From Orbicella franksi (taxonomy: Eukaryota): a DNA stretch of 64,000 bases. The stretch is taken from positions 16,492,001-16,556,000 of the forward strand of contig OZ116712.1 in NCBI GenBank assembly GCA_964199315.1, written 5' to 3'. The notes below the pieces were generated by a model, which did no database searches, had not been told where the DNA came from, and saw only the letters and a program-made list of their open reading frames with translations. Made by a program: the position numbers and the translations under genes. This document shows, piece by piece, positions 24,412-35,282 of this stretch (the stretch's first letter is position 1; every line of letters begins with the position of its first letter).

Positions 24412-26795
24412 GTTAGTATAGGAAGATGACACTCTAGGAAACTTCAAGTGAATTCTATTTATAATACCCGCCTTGTTACAAGGTAGGCACATGAAATTAA
24501 GTAACTGAATTCTAAATAATGTTGTTATGTTAAAAAAGCTGTGCAGTTTTGATATCTGGTTGCTATTTTAAACCAACTATTTGGTAATATTAGTGAAGAG
24601 TTAAAAAATATAAATTCAAGAAATGACCAGTTGAATTTCTGTGACATTTTTTGTTTTTTTTACTGGATTCCTTATAGAAGAGGTCATTGCATTAATTGGG
24701 CATGATGGAGAGTTGCTGAAATAGCTTTCTATTATTTTTGCCTCCAGATTGTTTTACTCTATTCTTTAGGCAAAAAAACATGTGTTGTAGTGTTCAAGGC
24801 TGTGCTCTAGAAGCACCCGGGTGCCAGAGGCAACTAACTTTTGCCTTTGATGATGACTAGCAAAAATTACTCTTTTCATTTAAGCTTAAGTGCTGGGCAG
24901 GCAGGATTTCATGATTAGGAACCTAAAGGCTCTTTCTAATTTGTCTTAGAGCACAGCCTTGTACAGTTCTGACTAAAATTGTTGTTTCAAACCATTTTAC
25001 CTTCATCTGCCAGTTTTTTACCTGCAGTTATAAGTGTTACGAGAGTTAAGTGTTTCATTGATATCATTGGTGGCAAATTATGCCTTAATTTTGGTGCAAA
25101 ATTTCAGCCCTAATTTATAATTTCACTTATGAAATTACGAAATTGCCCTGGCCACATCTGGCAGAAATTTTGTCAATACAGTAAACAAATCAAAAACCCA
25201 CAATGGTAAACGTAATTTGTCACCCATGATATTGAAAGGTAATCAAATGGTATACTTGTAGAATTAAGAAGTATTTTTACTTGTGTTTTGTCAAAATTTC
25301 ACGCGGAAATTATTTCCAAATTTCACCTGTCATCATTTGATTACCCATTCTAATGATAATAATCATTATGGTAGACCTAATATAGTCAGACGTGATAAAC
25401 TGGCTTTGCATTGTCTGTGCCAATCACATCTCGCAACACTTTTATCTGAGGCTTATATTTTCTCATGTATAGTCATATATAGGCTTATGTTGCAATGGTG
25501 AATCTGAGAGAGGGCCTGGGGCCTCCTCCATTACTCGCGAAAATACTTAATGCCTGAATGGCCAACAAGTTTTTGACATCCCATCTTTTAGGCCCAATTG
25601 GCCAAAAAAGTCTCTGGATCAACCTGTGTCGTTGAGGGGCCTAAAGGCAGCACAAAGCTGTGCCAGGAACTGCGGAGACCATTTTAAAGTGGTAGAGCTA
25701 AAAAATCTGGTCAACACAAACAAACGTTAAGGTCAGCGTAGACGCGTTTTATTACTTTCAAGTAGTAAAATCTGTATTTTATCTATGTCAATGGTCCCTC
25801 TGTGCAGGGTTTTAAATAAATAATGAACAGATCAGCGTAACCTGTTATTTAGCCTCCCAAACAGACACTCTTAGGGGGCGTCACCCTTTCCTTCCCCACA
25901 CAAGAAAGACAAGAAACTCATGACGAGCCCTGCGAGCGTCTGCGTGGGAGGGTACGGTCTTCCTGTTAAGGAGATTTCAAGTTGTTTGTCACACAATCTT
26001 CTCTATTAAACTGAGTGACATTAAAAAGAGATGCATGACACGGGATTGCGTGACAAGCCACAAGAACATAGATATGTTTAACTCCTGAAAGCGCCTCTAT
26101 TACGAAGGTGCCCTACTCAGATCTTTCAGTCACTTTATCCAATTTTGTTTGAAGCCTGCTATAGATTTTGGGGATACTGGAGTAGTGACACAGAAAACTA
26201 CATTAAACACAGATTAATTTTCAAGTTCAGTTAAATTGAATTTAAAGAAAATGACTTGCGATTAAAAGAACTGTGTAAAAAATTAATTATGACAGCTGAC
26301 ACTCTGAGCTAAGGTTCAGGATTAGAGTCTCGAGTGATTACATGACGGTTTTGAATTGTCACCGTATTTATTTCGTCATTTCCAATCTCCATTGTAGCCT
26401 GGGCGTCACGCAAAGCTTCTTATTGAGCTTTACCTCACGCTTCCAATAGGCCGCAAAGGAAACTAGTGCTCTCTCAAATACAGCAGATAGGAAACGAAAT
26501 GAATAAATAAACTAATAAACTGTAAAAATGTTAACTTCAAATGAGAAGGAAAAAATATATATATAAGTTCATATCAAATCTTGTACTTAGCTCAGATCTG
26601 CCATGCCCCAAGCCCCCTACTCAAGCCCTCTCTGGGCTCGTCACCCAATCTTCCTCCCGCACGCGGGGGGAGAAAGATCTGGGTGTACGATTTGACCAGT
26701 CGCACATAACCTGGACGCGTCCATACACATGAATCTACAGACTGGGAAGAGGGTTGGGCTCGCGCGCGAGTCCTTGTCCTTTATCCCAACGGCAG

Positions 26796-27269
26796 AGTCG
26801 AGTATCTGAAGAGAGCGGTGAAGCCGCTAGGAGAATGGGGAGAGCAGGGTGGGAGATCGAGAAGGTTTGCAGATTGATATAGGTTACATAGGCTAATATT
26901 TCTTACTTTTTGCTTCTCATTGAATGAGCTATGAGGAAATGAAGGGCTGCTGATGAAAAGGAAATGAACAGCTGCTAGAGAAAATTGCACCAATTCATAT
27001 TCTTAATTTTGTCAATGTATTGTCCTGTGTGGACGAAAAAAATATATTCTATTTACACTGGTGAAAGGTTTGCTATTGGACCATATGGTGTTTGTAAAAC
27101 GAGTTAATCGTTATCATTTAATAAAACTCAGTTCTGAAAACTTTGTTCATTTGGTTTGATCATATAACAGGCGATCGCTTCTCGCCAAAAAGAAAACTCT
27201 GTGAGGGACAGGGAGTTGAGCAGAATCCTCAAAGGCGCGTGCAAATTTAAAACGGATTCAAACCTCTAG
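26796..27269 (+). CDS. Tentative terminal exons of SPATS2-like gene
   Basis: Phase-0 exon 26796-26864 (SRVSEESGEAARRMGRAGWEIEK) and exon 27171-27269 (AIASRQKENSVRDRELSRILKGACKFKTDSNL*) fit the phase-0 donor at 24412. An alternative phase-0 exon near 26450 (AAKETSALSNTADRKRNE*) is followed by AATAAA. Confidence 0.4.
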
Positions 27270-27407
27270 CCCATGTTAAGCTGACTTAGATTTCCAGCCG
27301 ATGTTTCGATCGTTAGCCCTCCTAAACGGCAACATGCCATTCCCAGGCCCGTACGTGTTCTCCGAGCTCGCGCGCGAGGAGAGGAGGGTAACCGGAGAGG
27401 AGAGCGA

Positions 27408-27712
27408 AGGGACAGATCATTAATTTTTTTTTGGAGAGGGGGGGGACTGGGTTGGACATGAACGTTTTTTTTCTCTCGGTTGTGCATGATTTTATTGGTG
27501 GGCAATAGTTTGTGCAAGAATTTTTTACCAGGAGAAATCAAAATAATTATGATAGTAGTAAGCACTTGCTCGATTTTAACCATAACTCCCCTTGCCCGAA
27601 TTTCTTTCTTTTTTTTTTTCCAGCAGTTTTTGGTGTGCAGGACCCTTTTAAGAAATTGCCCATTGCTCCCTCCCCCCCCCCCCCCCCTCTCAAAAAGATA
27701 ATGTTGCGTCCC
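27408..27712. mobile_element. Harbinger-like MITE, same family as 34167-34451
   Basis: GGGACAGATCATTAATTTT...AAAAAGATAATGTTGCGTCCC with G/C tracts. Confidence 0.6.
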
Positions 27713-28307
27713 GGAAGGACAAGGCTGGAACTATTTGGACTGTTCAGCAAAATTAGATGTAGCCTCTTCCAGGCTCTCGGTAGTTGGGGTTAGATGTCAA
27801 AGGTTTCTTCAAAACTGACTAAATCCACTTGCGCGCAATGTAATACTTGTCCTTTCATCTACTACATGGCACCGAGCAGGATGGAACCTACCACGCACTG
27901 AGCTACTTATCCCGGCTACTTATCAAGGTGTTAAATGTTAGCGAGAAGCTAGCGGCTCAAACTGCTCGCCGCGCAACTTGCTTTTACGCCACGACTGCGG
28001 TTTAATATCTTTCGAAAGACTCATTGTCCAATCTTTCATTTGTGAAACAGCAAAATCCGGTTGTTTTCTCATCACTCTTACGCGTGTCAGGTAAAATACT
28101 TGGCCGATTGGAGCCTGGAACTGAATCTTCGGGAACTACATACGGGATATGTTGCTCGTCGAAGGTCCTCTTTCGTCCTCCATGTTTGCAGGTTGGTACG
28201 GGAAAAGGTCTTTGAAATCCTTGTTGATCTCATTATTATAAGGCCATCGACACTAACTTATCATTGTATGATTTTCATTTGATAACAGTGAACTAGAGGA
28301 CAACAAT

Positions 28308-29162
28308 ATGAGAGACAAGGTAAATACTGCTCACTAGAAAAAAGACTCCTATTTGTGACAAAGACTGTTGTCAGCTGTTGTGTGCATGAGGTTTTCTAAA
28401 TTGTTAATCGTATCTTTTTCTTTTGCTCTCATTTCAGTGGAGGAAAAAGCGTATGCGAAGGTTAGTGCACAAAATTTTTACGCTTAATTGATAGTCTTTA
28501 CTTTTACGATAGCAAAGACACTACAACCAAATGAAACGATCCTTAAGGCGGTATGAACTTCGTCTACAGTGCTTTCGCAGATTATTTCATCGATGCAGCT
28601 TAATGTAAACTTATTTGTAAGCTTAAATTTCTGTGACTTCTCTACTCGATAAGTGTCGTTGGTAAAAGCTTGAAACACCTTGTAAACTGTTCTAGCTATA
28701 AATCGAGACGCAATAAATTTGCATTTCGAAATTTCCGTCACCTGACCTTCTGCTAGCTCTGGTAACGATTTAAATTTCCTTTATCGTAATATTCTTGCTG
28801 CTACCAGCATTCAACGAATGATGTCCAGCTACCCCCTCCCCTTTACAAATCTGCAACATTGTCGCCCAAAGTTACAACGTTACATCAAAAATTGGCTTTC
28901 GTAAACGTAGCTCAGACTGTGAAAAGAGTAAGTTCACCTTTCTTTCTGCAAGCTACAACTTATCCCAGTGACTTGCATTAATTATTGTTCTTACTTACTG
29001 GCTGCAAGGAATTCTTGTGAACTGAAAATAAGTCTTATAGTGTCTTTTTGAGGAGTTGATTTTGCCGTCATGTGGTTTGCATTTGCTGATAACACACAAT
29101 CCATTTATTTACTTGCTAGACTGAAGCGCAAGAGGAGAAAGATGCGAGCAAGATCCAAGTAG
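28308..29162 (+). CDS. RPL41: 60S ribosomal protein L41 (eL41), 25 aa
   Basis: Coding exons 28308-28319, 28438-28460, 29120-29162 give [25 protein letters not shown], nearly identical to canonical [25 protein letters not shown]. A probable non-coding first exon ends at donor 28091, with TCT/TOP-like CTTTC tracts near 28019-28037. Confidence 0.97.
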
Positions 29163-30166
29163 ATGCAGACGTGATAGCAGGGATGGTGGCTTTACACAAG
29201 TTGTGTCCTGTACAAGATTGTGGTCAGACATGATGGCCTTAAACCTATGGAATAATTTCACCAGTCTTCAATCACTATTCACAAAGTCCTCAATAACTGT
29301 GGCTTCCTGGAAATTAAAGTGGGTTCCAGTTGAGACGTAGAATATTATTGAAAGCATCAAGAACAAGTTGTATTATTCCAATGGACATAATGGCTTGATT
29401 ACCTCTGAACATGAATTTTACCATCAATGGAAATGGCAGTGTGTCGTCAGTCATCCCTCTGTCAAATTTTGTATTAACCCTGTTATGGAGTCATTAAAAA
29501 TAGAGTTTTTGCTCATATCTTTATTTAGTGTACTTATAAAACCATAATGTGCTCTTAGCCATTTTGTGGCTTTTCAACAGCTTGGCTTATCTTGTCAGCA
29601 GTCAAACCAGGTTTAAGATAAGGTTTGGAAAATATGATTTGATGAGCAAACGGTGGAATACCTTCAATCTGCTTTCATTAACGTTTTCACAGGAGGGCAA
29701 CTGGTTTTCACAAGTGAGTAAAGTAACACACTGCTCTCTGACTGGGACTGCACCTTAAATTCCATTTTGCGACTAGAACAAAGATTGAAATAAACAGTAC
29801 ATCCACGAGAACTTATAATTTGTCAACGAATTAGGAAATTGTCGCTTTGTCATGGTTCTTTCATCTTGCCCCTGTTTTGTGCTGTCATACTTTTCATTTC
29901 AAGAAGAAATTTAAGTTGTTCTGCCAGTGGGGTTTATTCATCACGGAAAAAAAAATTCCACCATCCCTTGCTGAAACTGTTTACATGTGACCTGAGACAC
30001 GGAAAGAAAATGTGCGTGTTGCCAAGAAGAAGGTCTGCGAGAAAATGGCTTGCATCCCTGAGATATTTTTGTCTACTTTATTCTGAAACCACAACATGTT
30101 AACCAATAGACTGTTGTCAAAAGGTGCAGTTTGTACAGGGAAATATTGTAACAGTTCGGATAAAGA

Positions 30167-30230
30167 TACCCTGTGAGACAGGTTCCCTTCTCCGGGCAGA
30201 AAGAGAAGGGAACTCCTGTCTCGCAGGGTA
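30167..30230. mobile_element. 64-bp palindromic mini-insertion with 9-bp TSD
   Basis: TACCCTGTGAGACAGG...CCTGTCTCGCAGGGTA flanked by GGATAAAGA on both sides. Confidence 0.85.
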
Positions 30231-30819
30231 GGATAAAGATGATACCCACGACGGCCGAAGGTAGGGAGACTGGGAAAGAGGACTTCCCCTTCGCGTTTCC
30301 CCCACCCCTCCCCTACCCCTTCCCCATTTACCGAAGCACGGATCAAAATTAACCCGGAAACCACATTTATCTGAACCGCTAAAAAATTCCGTGTAGCGGA
30401 AATGGGCTTCATTATACAAATGTAATGACTGCGATTGTCTTGATTGAACTCAATGAGATTCGTCTTCTCAAAACAGCTGTTTATTTCTCAGTTTACGTGT
30501 AATTACCTTTTGAAGATATTCAAAAACGGCGTTAAAGTTCTTTTGAAATCGCGCATCATGTAATTCCTATGTTTTGGCTTACATCAGAATTTGAAAGTAC
30601 TTTAATTCCCCAGTCCTCACAAACAAATTAATTTGAATTCTACCTCTGGGAACTCACCATAAGGTCGACAAAGAGATGCGAAATATATCATTCGCCTTTC
30701 TAGAATTTGCCGTTTTTTTCTTCGGATTTTCTTGGGCGTAACTCACTCTGAATCAGGCAGTCTCGCTCTACTATATTTTTCTTGAAATAGAGTTACACGA
30801 AACGAAGTCGCTTTTCTAA

Positions 30820-33800
30820 ATGGCACGCAAGAGGAACAAAAACGCAAAAAAAGATGAAAAGACGGAGGATTTCTCTCCTCTTAAGAGAATACTGGGTGTT
30901 ATGCTCGCCATGTTTTCGTGCATTTTCTTCGCTTTTTCCTCCCTGCTTGTTAAGCTGCTACAAGAAATTCCGCCTCAAGAGGTAGTCTTTTTTCGCAGCC
31001 TGGTTCAAGTCATTTTCGTCCTGCCCCCGTTGATTTCCAGTGAGGTGCCAGTGTTTGGGGACACGAAGCATTTGCCGTTCTTGTGTGTTCGCGGCATAGC
31101 GGGAACTTTGGCTCTTTGCTGCCAGTTTTACGCCTTTCAGCACATGCCGTTGGCGGATGCTACAGTCATCGTGTTTTCTTCACCCATATTCACTGGTGTA
31201 CTGGCGCATTTTCTTCTAGGGGAGGCGTGGGGCTTATTTGACGCGCTGGCGACGTTGCTGTGTTTTACCGGCGTGGTTCTCATAGCGAGACCAACGTTTC
31301 TGTTTGCGAGACCGTTGGAGCGCGCTAGTGAACAGACCGACTTAGAACAGGTATGGCCGGTTAATCCTTGACGATTCTATTCCATACTCTTGTCGCCTAA
31401 CTGTTTGAGTGTGTATTGACTGTTTTAGTTTTTTAATCACTGTTGACCAGTTTGTGGTTTGTGACAGTTCCCCATACATACGCAAATATACACCAGGAAC
31501 CTTGGAAAGTGAATGAGAAATTTCGTGTAAAATCTAGAACTCTGTTTAATCTAATTATAACTTGTGTCGACAGGGAAAAATCTTTACAACATCAGGTGGC
31601 TTATTATGCTTTGCGCCGCTTAGCGCTGTATGTTTGCCATAAATTACTTGCAAAAACTTTCGGACATTTTATCTGGGACATTCAATTTTCGGACACTATT
31701 TATCTCATTTTGGACAAATGTCGGACCAAAATTTTGGACACTTTGCTGAAACATAGCAAGGTGAATTTACCCCTACAGAAGACGAACAAGACTAAAACAA
31801 CATCTGTGAAAATGATACTTTTACTGCACTCTCAAAGTTTTACAGGTACACCGACGAGAAAATAACACAAATTCTATCAAGCCGTTACGCGTCTCAGACA
31901 GTGTCTCAACTTAAGTTCGCTTCATAAAGGAATCTAAGGGCTTTGGAACCAGTTAAAAGTTTTTTACTGTTCTGTAAATATTTTGGACGCTTAACAATTT
32001 CCTACGGTTTTACTTTCACACACTCTTTTTTTGTCCGAAATTAAAAATCGTCCGAATTTTTGTTACAAGTAATGTAGCTCGGAATGCCTAGGAGTATTGC
32101 GAGTTGGGCTTCCCCTGAATGGAGTGCAGCCTCGAGCATTTTTGTAAGGCCGCGCTTGTTAACAAAATGACGGCCGCTTCTTTGCGTTACGCGAGGTGTC
32201 TGCGAAGAGAATTATTTTAAGTTTAGTAGGACTAGTAGATTTATACTAAAACAATTAGATTATTCGCTCTCGATTTCTATGCGTGATAGTTGACTCGGGC
32301 TAACCTTCGTCAACTTTCACGTGATAGAAATCTCGAGCTCGTAAGATTTTTGACCAAACAGCCCGCGTATTTTCTTTGGGTTATTTTGTAATCTTTTGAT
32401 AAACAGTTTCAAACTGACCTTATTTTGGTACAGATCACTGCCAGCTTTGTTGCCTTGTGTGGTGCCATTTTGACCTCCATCGCCCTAATTGCCATCAGGA
32501 AGCTTCAAGGGGTCAATTTTTTGGTACCAGTTTTCTATGTGGGCCTCTCCAGTGTGGTCCTCACGACAGGAGCGATCCTTGCATCAGGCTCTTTCCAGAG
32601 TGTCATATGCGGGCGCTGGCACGAGTGGTTCCTTTTGGGGCTTGGCGTATGTGGTCTTGGTAAGTGCGCGGGAGGCTATGTTTTGTAGCCAAGTCATATG
32701 TTTCGTTTAAATAAGTGGAAATAAATCGCCGGCGCTCACATGCTCCAGCGAGGCTAATTCGACACAGACTGCAGTAATAGACTCCTCGCGAGCTGGGCTT
32801 AATTTGTCTTATAACAATCGCGCGAGACTCCGTATAATTTTGCGGAATTATTCTCCCGTAATGCCCATGGACCCACTACGGGCCTCCAAAAACAAAGCAA
32901 AAAGCCATTCATAAATAAATAACTTATTTTAAAACCTCAAACGTTCGGTCTTTACTGGAAAACCTCAAACCTCTGATCTGTACTGATCTGCTATCGCTCG
33001 GTCAATACGGCAATTAAGGTCCCGGTTTGAGATTTTCCCGTAAAGACCTCACTCTTGGTTAACAAGTAGTTAATAAAGCAGAACTGACAGCAAATTTTCA
33101 AAACAGAATGCAAACTTAAGTTTGTCTTCAAATTCAGTTTATTCAGGCTTTGTTAGCCGTTCTGAAACTAGTTAGCGTTGTTGAATCAAAACGCATTCTC
33201 TCCTTACAAGATTTCTTACATTATCTATCGTCATAGACACGAGAAATCGAGAACTTTATTGCTACGTCACGATTTGCGTATCTTGGATATTTAAGCCAAA
33301 ACTTTTCAAGTTCCTCGTTTGTAATCTGTGTCATTCTTTTCCATCCTTGACTATCCTTGTTTCTTTAGTGTTTATTGTTATCCTTCTGGTGTTTTTCTAT
33401 CTTTATAAGTTATTATTTCTAGGTTTCGTTCAAACTGAAGATAATTTTGAATCCGATCAAAATAGCTCAAAATACTGTGACTGAGCAGTCTCTAACTTAC
33501 ATGCAAACGACTATTTTTGTAGGTGGCCAGACACTCCTCACCAGATCCTTACAGCTGGAGAAGGCAGGCGTGGTCGCTCTTGTGCGAACACTGGACATCG
33601 CTTTAGCCTTCATTTTGCAGCTGCTGTTCTTGGATTACGCCGCTAACATTTATAGCATCGCCGGCGCAGCGCTAGTATTGGGCTGTAATGCGTTGGTGAT
33701 ATTAAACCGCGGCGGGTGCTTGCCAAATAAGCAAGTACCCGAAAGCAACGGGGAGCTACCTGAAGAAAAGCAAAGCCTGATGGGAACGGTTAAACGACAG

Positions 33801-33833
33801 CTGTATGGAAGAATGCTTGCTAAAAGCTACTAA
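30820..33833 (+). CDS. SLC35G1: Solute carrier family 35 member G1-like (two EamA domains), 355 aa
   Basis: Exons 30820-31350, 32434-32659, 33523-33833 (1068 nt). Multiple TM segments with EVVFFRSLVQ, MPLADATVIVFSSPIFT, GQTLLTRSLQLEKAGVVALVRTLDIALAFILQ. Confidence 0.9.
31647..32069. mobile_element. Tc1/mariner-like MITE
   Basis: TA|CTTGCAAAAACTTTCGGAC...GTCCGAATTTTTGTTACAAG|TA; internal TTCGGACA repeats. Confidence 0.7.
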
Positions 33834-34166
33834 AATCGAAGTTTTAACCTGAAAGTGCAGTCCTTAAAGAAACTGACCGTAATACATCAAACACTTTGGA
33901 CAGTGTTTTATCGCATTAACAAACACTGAAAAAAAAGTTGAACTGAATACCACGTTGAGCGGAGCTTTTTTAAAGAAATTCGGAGTATCTGAAATGTGAT
34001 GAAACACAGTCTCTCGAGTGTTGGATATATCATCCATATCGAAGTTATAACTCGGAGTATAAGGTGAAATAAAATCGTGAAAATCTATGTTTAGAAGAGG
34101 TTAGATATCCAAGCCACGTTCATGGCTGTGATTTCCATTGTGTTCGCTTGTTGAACTGTTTACTAA

Positions 34167-34451
34167 GGGCCGGACCATTATTTTTTCGAGGAGGCTGGGC
34201 AATTTTCCGGGCCATAATAATTTCTTTCGGCTGGGCAATATAGCTTGCGCACGAATTTTTGTAACACAAAAACACAGAACCTGCATGGTAGAAAGAATTT
34301 GCTCGATTTTTTTTCCTGCATGACCCCCTTGCATGATTTTTTTCAGCAGTTTTTTTTTTTTTGTGAAGGAATTTCTTTCTTGAAAATCATCGCCGCCGCC
34401 CCCCCCCCTCCCCCTCCCCCACCCTGCCTTCGTAAAATAATGGTCCGTCCT
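34167..34451. mobile_element. Harbinger-like MITE
   Basis: GGGCCGGACCATTATTTT / AAAATAATGGTCCGTCCT; flanks TAA / TCA. Confidence 0.75.
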
Positions 34452-34937
34452 TCACTAGCGACGGAGTCGTAGTTGGAGTCGTAATCAGAAGCGTAAAGCG
34501 ATACGATCTAGTGAAAATCAAACCGATGGAGTCAGAAGCAGAACACCGATCCCGCTTATGACTCCGTCGCTTATGATCTAGTGAAAACTGCATTGTCAGA
34601 GTCGCAAGAGAAGCGGAAAAATAAACCAATCACAATGTTCGATTCCGGGCCTTGTGATTGGTTGGTTCTTCCGCTTCTGCGTCCGACTCGGACAATCTAG
34701 TTTTCATGACTGGATCATATGCGACGGAAGGCTCGATTTCCGGCCCTTTTGGTAGTGCCGCGGAGTCGTAAACGGAATCGGAAGAAATGGAAACGTTCTG
34801 ATTCTTCTGACTCGTATTGCGTCGAGCTTATGACTCCGCTTACGACTCCAATTTTCGATTTTCACTGGATCGTAAGCTCTCTTACGACTCCGACCTACCA
34901 TTCCGATTACGACTCCGTCGCTAGTGAAAACCAGCCT
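34452..34937. mobile_element. Palindromic MITE with GGAGTCGTAA subrepeats
   Basis: TCACTAGCGACGGAGTCGTA / TACGACTCCGTCGCTAGTGA; left tip missing where it abuts the preceding MITE. Confidence 0.8.
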
Positions 34938-35282
34938 TTAGAAGAACAGGTTTGACCACTAACACGAGTTCAACCATTGTCACAAGTATTGAAATACTTA
35001 TCAGTGTGCTTCTATCAAGAGAGATATTGTGAAAATGTCACAGTTGTTTCAATCCCGTTTCCTATTTGCTATAAACTCAAGGTGATGTCTATAAACCCTA
35101 CCGCTACCTCTTTACCAAGGTACTGAATTAAAAGGAAACAAGGTTTAACTTGCGTGACTGGCGAACATAGTGATCAATGGTCAAGAAGTGCGTGACATTT
35201 GCACGCATTGCATGCCTATTGGCAACGCGAGAAACCTGGTTCAAGTAACACCTGACGCTTTTCTCTACTTCCAAGATCAAAC

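Noticed and set aside
23218-24429. 403-aa ORF as a standalone gene
   Set aside because: Has an acceptor at 23236 and a donor at 24412 in phase with SPATS2 exons; it is an internal exon.
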